Shown here: positions 18,205 to 27,751 of the stretch, one piece after another
Position numbering within the stretch: position 1 is the first letter of the stretch
Layout: the number at the start of each line of letters is the position of its first letter
Assembly: GCA_031551765.1 (NCBI GenBank)
Contig: JAVBNC010000011.1
Span: 12,595 to 76,594, forward strand
Source of the DNA: Desulfovibrionaceae bacterium
GTDB taxonomy: Bacteria; Desulfobacterota; Desulfovibrionia; Desulfovibrionales; Desulfovibrionaceae
Direction: 5' to 3'
DNA length: 64,000 nucleotides
Program-made: the position numbers and the translations under genes
The notes under the pieces: generated by a model
Databases searched by the model: none
What the model saw: only the letters and a program-made list of their open reading frames with translations
Told to the model about the DNA's origin: nothing

Positions 18205-19035
18205 ATGATTGTCCATTGTCCCAGTTGTGAAACACAATTTTCCGTGCCGGACGAGCTGTACAAGCCCGGCCGCAAGGCCCGCTGCTCCAGCTGCGCGCAC
18301 GTGTTCCCCCTGCCTGAACTGCCCGGGTCCGCTCCGGCGGCCCCGCCCGAGCCGGTTCCGCCTGTGGAGCCGGCCCCGGTCTTTTCCATTCCGGAACCCC
18401 TGGAAGATGACTTCCGGGAGCCGGACGCCCCTATCTACGAAGAAACACGCGATGACGACGAAAAGCTAAACCTGCCCGGTAAGCCCAAGAGCAAGGTCAA
18501 GCGCGTAGCCGTTCTGGCGGCCCTGCTTATCTGCCTGGGCGCGGCGGGCTACGGCGGGTACACGTTCTACAAGCTCTGGCGTTCCGGCGGCCCCCCGCCC
18601 GCCGCGCCGGACACCGCGCAGCAGGAACTGGTTAAAAACCTGGCCCTGGCCAACGTGCGCCAGTACATGGTGGCCAACAACGAGCGCGTGGGCCGCATGG
18701 CCGTGGTGGAGGGCAAGGTCATCAACAATTTCACCACGCCCAAAGAACTTGTCAGGGTTGAAGTGACCCTGTACGACGACAAGGGCAACGTGCTGGCCAC
18801 GCGCCAGCAGTATTGCGGGGTGGTGCTCTCGCTCTTCCAACTCCAGGTTCTAAGCCGGGACGAGCTGACCAAGGCACTGGAAAACCGCATCGAAATCCTC
18901 ATGAGCAACGTCAATATCAAGCCCGGCGGGGAAGTGCCGTTCATGACCGTGTTTTTCGATCCCCCCCAGGGCGCCCTGGAGTTCGGCGTCAAAATTATTG
19001 ACGTCAAAGATCCGCCTCCGCCAAGTAAGAAATAA
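18205..19035 (+). CDS. zinc-ribbon (MJ0042-type) / DUF3426-like membrane-anchored protein
   Basis: N-terminal CPSC...CSSC zinc ribbon, Pro-rich linker, one TM segment, C-terminal DUF3426-like domain. Confidence 0.7.
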   Translation: MIVHCPSCETQFSVPDELYKPGRKARCSSCAHVFPLPELPGSAPAAPPEPVPPVEPAPVFSIPEPLEDDFREPDAPIYEETRDDDEKLNLPGKPKSKVKRVAVLAALLICLGAAGYGGYTFYKLWRSGGPPPAAPDTAQQELVKNLALANVRQYMVANNERVGRMAVVEGKVINNFTTPKELVRVEVTLYDDKGNVLATRQQYCGVVLSLFQLQVLSRDELTKALENRIEILMSNVNIKPGGEVPFMTVFFDPPQGALEFGVKIIDVKDPPPPSKK

Positions 19036-19038
19036 AAG

Positions 19039-19085
19039 CTGGGGGAAGGGGGCGCCTTTCTAAGAAAGGCGCCCCCTTCCCCCAG
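19039..19085 (+). terminator. perfect 22-bp hairpin after the zinc-ribbon gene
   Basis: CTGGGGGAAGGGGGCGCCTTTC-TAA-GAAAGGCGCCCCCTTCCCCCAG. There is no U-tract directly after it; a C5...A/T...G6 module follows. Confidence 0.65.
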
Positions 19086-19137
19086 ACCCTATCCCCCACC
19101 CAAAAATTTTTTCAGGGGGGAAGCGCATACTCCCTTT

Positions 19138-20505
19138 ATGGCAAAACAGCGCGAAGTGTACGTTTGTTCCGAATGCGGCGCCCGTTCCATGCAGTGGAAG
19201 GGGCAGTGCTCCACCTGTTCCGCGTGGAACACCCTGCAGGCCACGGTGGTGGCGGCGGTCAAGGATAGGCCCGCCACGGCGGCGCGCGGCGCGTCCAGCC
19301 TGCTCCGTCCGCTTGCGGAAGCACCGGACGCGGCCCACGCCGCCTTCAGCACCGGGGTGGACGCCCTGGACCGGGTTCTGGGCGGCGGGCTTACCCCCGG
19401 CGCTTCCGTGCTGGTGGGCGGGGAGCCGGGCATAGGCAAATCCACGCTGCTACTGCAAATGGCCGGGGCCGTGGCCGCTTCCGGCAGGCGGGCCGTGTAT
19501 CTTTCCGGCGAGGAATCCCTGTCCCAGATCAAAGCCCGCGCGGAACGCCTGGGCGTTCTTTCGGAAGAGCTGCACGCCTTGGCCACCAGCCAGGTGGAAG
19601 ACGTGTTCCCCGTGCTGGAAGGCCCGGAAGCCCCGGCGCTTTTGATTGTCGATTCCGTGCAGACTCTCTCGTCCCTCAAGGCGGAAGGGCTGCCCGGCAA
19701 CGTCAGCCAGGTGCGGGCCGTGGCCATGGACGTGGCGGAACAGTGCCGCAAAAGCGATACGGCCGTACTGTTCGTGGGCCACGTGACCAAAGACGGGGCC
19801 ATTGCCGGTCCCAAGCTGCTGGAACACATGGTGGACACGGTCATTTCCCTGGAAGGGGACCGGGGCCGCATGTTCCGGCTCTTGCGCGTGCTCAAGAACC
19901 GTTTCGGCCCCAACCAGGAAATCCTGGTCTTTCAGATGGCGGGCAAGGGCATGGAACTGGTGCGCGACCCGTCCACCTATTTCCTGGGCGCGCGCGATCC
20001 CTCCCTGCCGGGCACGGCCGTGGTCATGGGCATAGAAGGGCAGCGGCCCTTTGCCGTGGAAGTGCAGGCCCTGGCGGCCAAAAGTTTTCTGTCCATACCC
20101 CGGCGCACCGGCCTGGGTTTTGACGTGAACCGCCTGCACCTGCTGCTGGCGGTGCTGGAAAAACGTCTGCGCCTCAATTTCGCGCAGGTGGATATTTACG
20201 CCAAAATCGGGGGCGGTCTGCGCCTGCAGGATCCGGGCATGGACCTGGGCCTGGTGGCGGCCATACTCTCGTCGTTTTACGATATCCCGCTCCCGGAACG
20301 GGCTCTGTTTTGGGGGGAAGTGGACTTGAACGGCCAGATCCGTCCGGTGCAGTCCCAGGCCGTGCGTCTGGACCAGGCCAGGCGCCTGGGGTACGGTCCG
20401 TTGTTCTATCCTTCCCAGGAAGAGGAAAAGGGCGGCGTGCGCACGCTGGCGGCCTTGCAAAAGGCTCTGTTCAGCAAGGAACGCGCCTTTTCCGCTTCGG
20501 CTTGA
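19138..20505 (+). CDS. radA: DNA repair protein RadA
   Basis: N-terminal zinc finger CSECG...CSTC, Walker A GEPGIGKST, KNRFG motif, Lon-like C-terminal domain. Confidence 0.95.
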   Translation: MAKQREVYVCSECGARSMQWKGQCSTCSAWNTLQATVVAAVKDRPATAARGASSLLRPLAEAPDAAHAAFSTGVDALDRVLGGGLTPGASVLVGGEPGIGKSTLLLQMAGAVAASGRRAVYLSGEESLSQIKARAERLGVLSEELHALATSQVEDVFPVLEGPEAPALLIVDSVQTLSSLKAEGLPGNVSQVRAVAMDVAEQCRKSDTAVLFVGHVTKDGAIAGPKLLEHMVDTVISLEGDRGRMFRLLRVLKNRFGPNQEILVFQMAGKGMELVRDPSTYFLGARDPSLPGTAVVMGIEGQRPFAVEVQALAAKSFLSIPRRTGLGFDVNRLHLLLAVLEKRLRLNFAQVDIYAKIGGGLRLQDPGMDLGLVAAILSSFYDIPLPERALFWGEVDLNGQIRPVQSQAVRLDQARRLGYGPLFYPSQEEEKGGVRTLAALQKALFSKERAFSASA

Positions 20506-20572
20506 CGCCCACCCGCTTTCGTGTTCCCATTTCCCCGCATAATTTGCTATGATCAGTTTTGAGGTGTTCGCT

Positions 20573-20896
20573 ATGAGTTCCGATACCCCGGGTTCAGGCA
20601 CGGGCAAGCCTGCGGGCGAATTGCTGGTGGAGCACGCGCTGCGGGAACCCAGGCACTTTACCGTGCTGCTGCATAATGACGATTATACCACCATGGAGTT
20701 CGTGGTGGAAATTCTGGTTACCGTTTTCCGAAAAAGCCTCAGTGAAGCCCAGGTCATCATGCTGGCCGTGCACGAAAAAGGGCAGGGGGCTTGCGGGGTG
20801 TACCCGGCGGAAGTGGCGGAAACCAAGGTGGCTGTGGTGCACAGCAAGGCGAGGGCCGCGGGCTATCCCTTGCGCTGCACCCTGGAAGAGGTGTGA
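20573..20896 (+). CDS. clpS: ATP-dependent Clp protease adaptor ClpS
   Basis: The LLHNDDYTTMEFVVEIL block is typical of ClpS. ATG 20573 has a GAGGTG RBS. The track start 20549 lies inside a TATGAT -10-like box. Confidence 0.9.
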   Translation: MSSDTPGSGTGKPAGELLVEHALREPRHFTVLLHNDDYTTMEFVVEILVTVFRKSLSEAQVIMLAVHEKGQGACGVYPAEVAETKVAVVHSKARAAGYPLRCTLEEV

Positions 20897-20917
20897 CCTT
20901 CACGCCGGAGAGTTGCC

Positions 20918-23434
20918 ATGTTCGACAAGCATTTGGAAGCCGCGCTGACGGCCGCCGTGGCGGACGTACAGGAACGGCGGCATGAATACCTGACCCTGGA
21001 ACATCTGCTGCTGGCCATTACGGAGCAGCGTTACGGCGAAGATCTGCTGGAAACCTGCGGCGTGGACGTGCTGGCCCTGCAGCGCAGGCTCAAGGAATTT
21101 TTCGCCACCTACATGAGCAGCCTGCCGGAAAACGGCACAGCGGACGTGGTGCAAACCCTGGCCGTGCAGCGGGTCATCCAGCGCAGCGTGCGCCAGATGC
21201 ACGCGGCGGGCAAGGAAAGCGTGGGCATAGGCGACGTGCTGGTGGCCATGCTGGACGAGGAGGATTCCTACGCCTCCTTCTTCATGCTCTCCCTGGGCCT
21301 CAGCCGCATCACGCTGCTGGAAGTCATCTCCCATGCCAACCCCTACGGCGACGGCTCGCGTAAAGAGGACGGCCCCGGCTCCCAGGACGGGGAGGCAGAA
21401 GAGGGCGGCGACGCGGAAAAAAAACTGTCCCGCTACACGGCGGATCTGACGGAAAAGGCGCGCCAGGGGCTGATAGACCCGCTCATCGGCCGCAACGCGG
21501 AACTGACCCGCACCGTGCAGGTGCTTTCCCGCCGCCGCAAGAACAACCCCTTGTTCGTGGGCGACCCCGGCGTGGGCAAAACCGCCCTGGCGGAAGGGCT
21601 TGCCCTGCGTATCGTCAAGGGCGAGGTGCCGCCCGCGTTCAGCAAGGCCAAGGTCTTCGCCCTGGACCTGGGCGCGCTGCTGGCCGGGAGCAAATACCGG
21701 GGCGACTTCGAAGCCCGCCTGAAAGCCGTGGTTTCCGCGCTGCAAAGCATCCCGGATTCCATCATGGTCATTGACGAAATCCATACCATCGTGGGCGCGG
21801 GCGCCACCAGCGGCGGGTCCATGGACGCTTCCAACATCCTCAAGCCCGTGCTGGCCTCGGGTAAGCTGCGCTGCATCGGCTCCACCACGCACGAGGAATT
21901 CCGGAACCACTTTGAAAAAGACCGCGCCCTGTCGCGCCGTTTCCAGAAAATAGACATCACCGAGCCCACGGAAGAAGAGTGCGTGGAAATCCTCAAGGGC
22001 CTGAAAGGCCACTACGAGGAACACCACGGCGTGCGCTACACCGGCCCCGCGTTGCGGGCGGCCGTCACTCTGTCCGTGCGCCATTTGCGGGACAAGCTGC
22101 TGCCGGACAAGGCCATTGACGTGCTGGACGAAGCGGGCGCCGCGAAACAGCTGGCCCAGAACCGTCTGGCGGGCACGCCTCGGGCGGATATTCCGCTGAG
22201 CGTGGGGGTCACGGAAATTGAAAAAGTCGTGGCGGCCATGGCCCGCATTCCTTCCGCCAAGGTCAGCAGTTCGGACCGCGACAGGCTGCGCACCCTGGAT
22301 ACCGACCTACGGGCTGTGGTCTTTGGCCAGGAAAAGGCCGTGGACCTGGTTTCCAAGGCCGTGCTCCGGGCCAGGGCCGGGTTCGCGCGGCAGGGCAGGC
22401 CGCAGGGTTCGTTCCTGTTCTATGGCCCCACGGGCGTGGGCAAGACGGAACTGGCCCGCCAGCTGGCCGCGTCCCTTCAGGTGACGTTTTTGCGCTACGA
22501 TATGAGCGAATACATGGAAAAGCACGCCGTTTCCCGACTCATCGGCGCGCCTCCGGGCTACGTGGGGTTCGACCAGGGCGGGCTGCTCACGGAAGCGGTG
22601 CGCAAAACCCCGCACTGCGTGCTGCTGCTGGACGAAATTGAAAAGGCCCACCCGGATATTTTCAATATCCTGCTGCAGGTCATGGATTACGCCACCCTGA
22701 CGGACAATTCCGGCCGCAAGACCGATTTCCGCAACGCGGTGCTGATCATGACCTCCAACGCCGGGGCCTTTGAAATCAGCGCCCGGAGCATCGGGTTCGC
22801 TTCCGCGGGACCCGGCGGCATGGCGGAGAAAGGACGGAAAGCCGTGGAAAAGCTGTTTTCCCCGGAATTCCGCAACCGCCTGGACGCCATGGTGCCGTTC
22901 GCGGGGCTTTCGAAAGAAGTCATGGTCCGCATAGTGGACAAGTTCGTGGCCGAGCTGGCCGCCAGCCTCAAGGAAAAGCGGGTGCGTCTGGTGGTCACGG
23001 AAAAAGCCGGTCAATGGCTGGCCGCCAAGGGCTATGACCCGGCTTTCGGCGCGCGGCCGCTGGCCCGCGTGCTGCGGGAAAGCGTAGAAGATACGCTGGC
23101 CGGGGAAGTGCTGTTCGGCCGCCTGGCCGGGGGCGGGGAAGTTGTTGTGGACGCGGGGAGCATTTCGGATGAGGAACTGACCTTCCGCTACACCTCGTCT
23201 TTACCGCCCATGTCCACAAAGAGCCCGGCCCCTGAAGGCCCGGTGCGGAAAAAAGCAGCGCCTCCCGCGAAAAAGCCCGCTCCCGCCAAGGCGGACGCCG
23301 CGCCGGGAAAAGCCGCCCCAAAAGCCAAGACCGCGCCCAAACCCAAGGCGGCAAAAGCCAAGGTTGCATCCAAACGCGGCGGAGTAAAAGGCAAAACGAC
23401 CGCCGAGGCCGGAGCGCGCAAGTCCGGGGCCTGA
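20918..23434 (+). CDS. clpA: ATP-dependent Clp protease ATP-binding subunit ClpA with a Lys/Ala/Pro-rich C-terminal tail
   Basis: Two AAA+ modules (GDPGVGKT and GPTGVGKT) and a Clp N-domain; 838 aa. The last ~79 aa are low complexity (KKAAPPAKKPAPAK...). Confidence 0.95.
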   Translation: MFDKHLEAALTAAVADVQERRHEYLTLEHLLLAITEQRYGEDLLETCGVDVLALQRRLKEFFATYMSSLPENGTADVVQTLAVQRVIQRSVRQMHAAGKESVGIGDVLVAMLDEEDSYASFFMLSLGLSRITLLEVISHANPYGDGSRKEDGPGSQDGEAEEGGDAEKKLSRYTADLTEKARQGLIDPLIGRNAELTRTVQVLSRRRKNNPLFVGDPGVGKTALAEGLALRIVKGEVPPAFSKAKVFALDLGALLAGSKYRGDFEARLKAVVSALQSIPDSIMVIDEIHTIVGAGATSGGSMDASNILKPVLASGKLRCIGSTTHEEFRNHFEKDRALSRRFQKIDITEPTEEECVEILKGLKGHYEEHHGVRYTGPALRAAVTLSVRHLRDKLLPDKAIDVLDEAGAAKQLAQNRLAGTPRADIPLSVGVTEIEKVVAAMARIPSAKVSSSDRDRLRTLDTDLRAVVFGQEKAVDLVSKAVLRARAGFARQGRPQGSFLFYGPTGVGKTELARQLAASLQVTFLRYDMSEYMEKHAVSRLIGAPPGYVGFDQGGLLTEAVRKTPHCVLLLDEIEKAHPDIFNILLQVMDYATLTDNSGRKTDFRNAVLIMTSNAGAFEISARSIGFASAGPGGMAEKGRKAVEKLFSPEFRNRLDAMVPFAGLSKEVMVRIVDKFVAELAASLKEKRVRLVVTEKAGQWLAAKGYDPAFGARPLARVLRESVEDTLAGEVLFGRLAGGGEVVVDAGSISDEELTFRYTSSLPPMSTKSPAPEGPVRKKAAPPAKKPAPAKADAAPGKAAPKAKTAPKPKAAKAKVASKRGGVKGKTTAEAGARKSGA

Positions 23435-23437
23435 CGC

Positions 23438-24139
23438 ATGCCGGTTTTGCTGGAGCCAGGAACCACGGCCTTTCCTCCGCTGCGCTACGCGTCGCAGGAA
23501 GGGCTGCTCGCCATTGGCGGTGACCTTTCCAGGGCGCGCCTGCTGGCGGCCTACCGGCGCGGCATTTTCCCTTGGTACGACGACCTGACGCCTATACTCT
23601 GGTGGTCGCCGCCGGAACGCTGCATTCTGCCGCCGGAAGAGCTGCACATTCCCCGGTCCCTGGCCCGCGCCCTGCGTGCCGGGCGTTTCAGCATTACCCT
23701 GGATACGGCCTTTGACGCCGTCATCACGGCCTGCGCTTCCGCCAGGCGGCGGGGGCAGAAGGGCACCTGGATCGTGCCGGAATTGCTGGGCGCCTACTGC
23801 GATCTGCACGCGGCCGGGTACGCGCATTCCGTGGAGGCCTGGCAGGACGGGGAGCTGGCGGGCGGCCTGTACGGCGTGGCCATTGGCGGGGCTTTTTTCG
23901 GGGAATCCATGTTTTTCGCCCGGCCGGACGCGTCAAAAATCGCGCTGGTCTGGCTGGCGCGCTTTTTACAATCGAAGGGCTTTCCGCTCATCGACTGCCA
24001 GCAGGTCACGAGCAACCTGCTGCGTTTCGGCGCAAGGGCCGTGGCGCGCAACGAGTTCTTGGAACGCCTGCGCGGGGCCTTGGCCCTTCCTTTTGCCCCT
24101 GGCCGCTGGGAAATGCCGGAGGGATTCTTTCCTTTATAG
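23438..24139 (+). CDS. aat: leucyl/phenylalanyl-tRNA--protein transferase
   Basis: [10 protein letters not shown]...[13 protein letters not shown] and GESMF blocks. Sits in the classical position after clpS-clpA. Confidence 0.9.
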   Translation: MPVLLEPGTTAFPPLRYASQEGLLAIGGDLSRARLLAAYRRGIFPWYDDLTPILWWSPPERCILPPEELHIPRSLARALRAGRFSITLDTAFDAVITACASARRRGQKGTWIVPELLGAYCDLHAAGYAHSVEAWQDGELAGGLYGVAIGGAFFGESMFFARPDASKIALVWLARFLQSKGFPLIDCQQVTSNLLRFGARAVARNEFLERLRGALALPFAPGRWEMPEGFFPL

Positions 24140-24167
24140 TATACGGCCCGTAATGCCGCGCTTGTTC

Positions 24168-24196
24168 TTGACGGCGGAACGGGAAACCAGTAAATA
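24168..24196 (+). promoter_or_regulatory. sigma-70 promoter candidate for rpmH operon
   Basis: TTGACG-17 nt-TAAATA, about 37 nt upstream of the rpmH ATG. AAGGAG RBS at about 24218. Confidence 0.55.
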
Positions 24197-24232
24197 AACC
24201 CGTTCATATCTTCCCCAAGGAGCCGAAGCATC

Positions 24233-24367
24233 ATGAAGAGAACATATCAGCCGAGTAAAGTTAAGCGTCAGAGAACCCACGGGTTCCGCGCTCGCATGGC
24301 TACGCCCGCGGGGCGCGCCATTCTGCGGCGCAGAAGGGCCAAGGGGCGGAAGAAATTAAGCGTCTGA
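24233..24367 (+). CDS. rpmH: 50S ribosomal protein L34
   Basis: Translated by hand: [44 protein letters not shown] (44 aa). Not listed in the provided ORF track. Confidence 0.95.
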   Translation: MKRTYQPSKVKRQRTHGFRARMATPAGRAILRRRRAKGRKKLSV

Positions 24368-24387
24368 CCTTTCCGCGCCAGCATCGT

Positions 24388-24744
24388 TTGACCCGGCGGC
24401 CTGATTTCATGCGCTGTTATGATACGGGCCGCCGTTATTACTCCAGAAATTTCGTCCTGTTTTTTCTGCCGCGAGGTGAAAGCCCCCTGGAATGGCGGCT
24501 GGGCCTGGCGGTAACGCGCAAAACAGGAAGCGCCGTTATCCGGAACCGCGTCAAACGTGTGCTGCGTGAATTTTTCCGCCTTCATCAGGAGCTGTTGCCG
24601 TCCATGGCGGACCTGGCTGTTGTGCCCAAACGCCACATGGACCCCAGGCGCCTGACCCTGTCCAGCCTGGAGGCGGAGCTTTTGCCGCTCTTGGGCGCGC
24701 TGGCCGCGCCCTCTGCGGGCCTGGACAAAGGATGCGCGACATGA
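24388..24744 (+). CDS. rnpA: ribonuclease P protein component
   Basis: Position after rpmH, basic protein, ...RLTRRPDF... region. The track start is TTG 24388. The frame stays open upstream (LTFPRQHR), so the true start is uncertain. Confidence 0.8.
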   Translation: MTRRPDFMRCYDTGRRYYSRNFVLFFLPRGESPLEWRLGLAVTRKTGSAVIRNRVKRVLREFFRLHQELLPSMADLAVVPKRHMDPRRLTLSSLEAELLPLLGALAAPSAGLDKGCAT

Positions 24745-25016
24745 CCGTTTTGTTGCGGACGTTGCCGGGGCGCGTGTGCAAGGCCCTCTTGCTGCTGCCC
24801 ATCCGCGTCTATAAATACTGTATTTCTCCGCTGCTGCCCCCGGCCTGCCGCTACGTGCCCACCTGCTCGGTGTACGCCATGGAAGCGATAGAGCGGCACG
24901 GCGTTTTGCGGGGCGGGTATCTGGCCGCGCGCCGCCTGCTCAGGTGTCATCCCTGGGGAGCCGGCGGCTACGATCCCGTGCCCCCTCTTGTTGATTCCCC
25001 TTACCGGAGCCATTAA
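24732..25016 (+). CDS. yidD: membrane protein insertion efficiency factor YidD
   Basis: [27 protein letters not shown]...CHPW signature. Overlaps the rnpA end by 13 nt. Confidence 0.9.
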   Translation: MRDMTVLLRTLPGRVCKALLLLPIRVYKYCISPLLPPACRYVPTCSVYAMEAIERHGVLRGGYLAARRLLRCHPWGAGGYDPVPPLVDSPYRSH

Positions 25017-25022
25017 TTTCTC

Positions 25023-26618
25023 ATGGATACCAAGCGTACTATCCTGGCGGTTGTCCTTAGTTTTGCCATTCTCATGGGGTGGCAATTCCTGTCCGAATAC
25101 ATGGGCTGGGTCAAGCCCCAGCAGCCCCAGCCACGGCAGGAAGAATCCCAGCAGGCCGCCAAACCGGCCACCCCCAGTGAATTCCCCGTGGACAAGCCCT
25201 TGCCCGCCTTTGCCCCTTCTCCGGGTAAGGACGTAGTGGTGGAAACCCCTTTGTACAAGGCCGTGTTTTATTCCGGCGGGGGCATTCTCAAAGAGTTCAC
25301 GCTCAAGCAGTACCGCGAGTCCATGAAGAAAGACTCCCCCAACGTGGGCATGATTTCCCCGGCCGCCGAGGCCATGGCGCCCATGGGCCTGCTGGTGGAC
25401 GGCGCTCCTTCCTGGAGCTCGGGCGCGTGGCAGTTGGACGGCTCCAACCTGTCCCTGACCGGAACCCAGGACGGCACCCTGCGCTTTATCGGCGACGTGG
25501 GCGGGCTGCGCGTCACCCGCGAATTGAAATTTTCCGCCAGCTCCTATGCGATCCAGGAAAAAGTCGGCCTGGCTTCCGCCACGGCCAGGAGCATACGCCT
25601 GGCCTTCACGCTGAGCACCGGCCATCTGGAAGAGGGCGACAGCCAGTATAACAAGACGCGCGTGGCCTACTACCGCGATGGCAGCTTTAAGGAAGAGGAA
25701 AGTGACAGCACGCTGCAAAAGGGCATTGCCCCGGACGGCACCATGGGTTGGGCCAGCGTGATGAGCAACTATTTCCTGGCCCTGGTCAGCCCGCAGGATT
25801 CCGGCGTGGCCCTGCGCGCCAAGCTCCAGGACAAGGTCTACCGGGTGGCGCTGGAAAAAAGCGGCCTCCAGGTGAATCCGGGCCAAGATACCAGCTACGG
25901 CTGCACCTATTACCTGGGCCCCAAAGAAGAAAGCCTGCTTGCCGGCTTGCCCAACAATATTGAAAGCGCCGTGCACTACGGCTTTTTCAGCGTCATCGCC
26001 CGGCCGCTCATGGCCATGCTCAACTTCTTCTATTCTTACGTGGGCAACTACGGCGTGGCCATCATCCTGCTCACCGTGATCATCAAGATCGTGCTCTGGC
26101 CCCTTTCGTACAAGAGTTACAAGTCCATGGAGCAGATGAAGAAGCTCCAGCCCATGATGGCCAAGCTCAAGGAAAAGTACGGGGACGACAAAGAGCGGCT
26201 GAACAAGGAAATGATGCAACTGTACAAGACCTACAAGGTCAACCCGGCCGGGGGCTGCCTGCCCATTGTGGTGCAGATCCCCATTTTCTTCGGGCTGTAC
26301 CAGGGGCTTATGAGCGCCATAGCCCTGCGCCAGGCCCCGTTCGTCGTGCATTTCCCCTTCACGGACTGGGTGTGGCTGGCGGACCTTTCCGCCAAGGACC
26401 CCTTCTACATTACGCCCCTGATCATGGGCGGCACCATGTTCCTGCAACAATGGATGACCCCCGCGGCCGGCGACCCCACCCAGCAGAAAATCATGCTGCT
26501 CATGCCGGTGGTGTTCACGTTCCTGTTTCTGAACTTCCCCTCGGGACTGGTCGTTTACTGGCTGACCAACAACGTTATTTCCATTGCCCAGCAATGGTGG
26601 CAGCTCCGCCGGGCGTAA
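25023..26618 (+). CDS. yidC: membrane protein insertase YidC
   Basis: 531 aa with an N-terminal TM, a large periplasmic domain and the 60-kDa IMP core (GCLPIVVQIPIFFGLY, NFPSGLVVYW). Confidence 0.95.
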   Translation: MDTKRTILAVVLSFAILMGWQFLSEYMGWVKPQQPQPRQEESQQAAKPATPSEFPVDKPLPAFAPSPGKDVVVETPLYKAVFYSGGGILKEFTLKQYRESMKKDSPNVGMISPAAEAMAPMGLLVDGAPSWSSGAWQLDGSNLSLTGTQDGTLRFIGDVGGLRVTRELKFSASSYAIQEKVGLASATARSIRLAFTLSTGHLEEGDSQYNKTRVAYYRDGSFKEEESDSTLQKGIAPDGTMGWASVMSNYFLALVSPQDSGVALRAKLQDKVYRVALEKSGLQVNPGQDTSYGCTYYLGPKEESLLAGLPNNIESAVHYGFFSVIARPLMAMLNFFYSYVGNYGVAIILLTVIIKIVLWPLSYKSYKSMEQMKKLQPMMAKLKEKYGDDKERLNKEMMQLYKTYKVNPAGGCLPIVVQIPIFFGLYQGLMSAIALRQAPFVVHFPFTDWVWLADLSAKDPFYITPLIMGGTMFLQQWMTPAAGDPTQQKIMLLMPVVFTFLFLNFPSGLVVYWLTNNVISIAQQWWQLRRA

Positions 26619-26642
26619 CCGGCCGCTTCCTGCGAGGCCTTT

Positions 26643-27722
26643 ATGAGCGAGTATAAGGAGTTCCAGGGCAAAACCCTTGACGAAGCCATCCGGGCGGCGT
26701 GCACGCATTTTGATACGCCGCGTGAGAAGCTGGAAATAGAGATCGTCAGCGACGCCAAGGCCGGCATTTTCGGCCTGGTGGGCGTGCGTAAGGCCAGTAT
26801 CAAGGCCCGGCGCGTGCATTTCGAAACGCTGTTGGAAACTCTTGAGGAGACCGCTCCGACCCCGGCCGTCAAAGACCCGGATCCCCAGGCAGCTGAACCC
26901 GCCCCGCAACTGGAAAAGGTCCTGGCCGCCAAGCAGGCGGAACGGGCCCCCGGCAGAGGGAAAAAGCCGCAGCCCAAGGAAGCGAAAGCCGAGCAGCCGG
27001 CCGCTCAGGACGGCAAGGCCGGCCAGGACAGGGGCAGACGGGACGCTAAGGCTAAGGAAAAGCCCGAGGCGGGCGCTTCCAAAGGCAAGAGCGCGGGCGG
27101 CGGGCGCGGTGAAAAGCGCCAGGCTTCCTCCTCCAGCCCCGCGTCCAAGCCCGTTCTCAAAGCCGCTCCCCAGCCCAGGCCGCTGGCGGCGGAAGTGGAA
27201 GACGGCGGGGACGAGCTGCCCCGCATTCCCATGGAACAGCTGGACCAGGCCCTGCTGGAGGCCACGGCCCGCGAAGTGGTGACCCGGCTGGTGGATTCCA
27301 TGCTGGACAACTCCCGTTGCGAGGTGGTCTGCGCTTCCGACCGGGTGCGCGTTTCCGTTTCCACGGACGACAACTCCGGTCTGCTCATAGGCAAGGACGG
27401 CCAGACCCTGGCTTCTTTGCAGTACCTTGCCGCGCGCATGGTTTCCAACAAAATGGGCGCCCTGGTCCGCGTGCACGTGGACGCGGGCGACTACCGCGAA
27501 CGCCAGGACGAGCGCCTGCGCGACCTGGCCCTGGACCTGGCGGCCAAAGTCAAGGCCAACAACCGGCCGCAGCTTACCCGGCCGCTCACTTCCTACCAGC
27601 GGCGGGTCATTCACGTCACGCTGCAGGACGATCCCCTGGTCCAGACCCACAGTAAGGGCGAAGGCGAGCTGAAGCGCGTGGTCATTACGCTGCGCCGCCG
27701 CCAGGACAAGCAGGGCGAATAG
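26643..27722 (+). CDS. Jag/KhpB RNA-binding protein (Jag-N, KH, R3H) with a long charged linker
   Basis: Position after yidC. N-terminal Jag-N-like segment, C-terminal KH and R3H region (YQRRVIHVTLQDD). About 115 aa of Lys/Ala/Pro/Glu-rich linker. Confidence 0.85.
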   Translation: MSEYKEFQGKTLDEAIRAACTHFDTPREKLEIEIVSDAKAGIFGLVGVRKASIKARRVHFETLLETLEETAPTPAVKDPDPQAAEPAPQLEKVLAAKQAERAPGRGKKPQPKEAKAEQPAAQDGKAGQDRGRRDAKAKEKPEAGASKGKSAGGGRGEKRQASSSSPASKPVLKAAPQPRPLAAEVEDGGDELPRIPMEQLDQALLEATAREVVTRLVDSMLDNSRCEVVCASDRVRVSVSTDDNSGLLIGKDGQTLASLQYLAARMVSNKMGALVRVHVDAGDYRERQDERLRDLALDLAAKVKANNRPQLTRPLTSYQRRVIHVTLQDDPLVQTHSKGEGELKRVVITLRRRQDKQGE

Positions 27723-27751
27723 GGCGCAAGCCCTTGTAACGGGGCGCGCTC

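Noticed and set aside
24585-27650. 1021-aa antisense ORF spanning rnpA, yidD, yidC and jag. Similar giants include 59632-61848, 36434-38818, 48720-50387, 42118-44043, 15198-16931 and 20900-22084.
   Set aside because: They lie codon-aligned opposite well-supported genes. With very high GC at sense codon position 3, the antisense frame rarely forms T-initial stop codons, so long shadow ORFs are expected. yidD, yidC and jag share one reading frame, which lets the shadow run across all three. The translations are Gly/Arg/Ala/His-rich low-complexity with no motifs.
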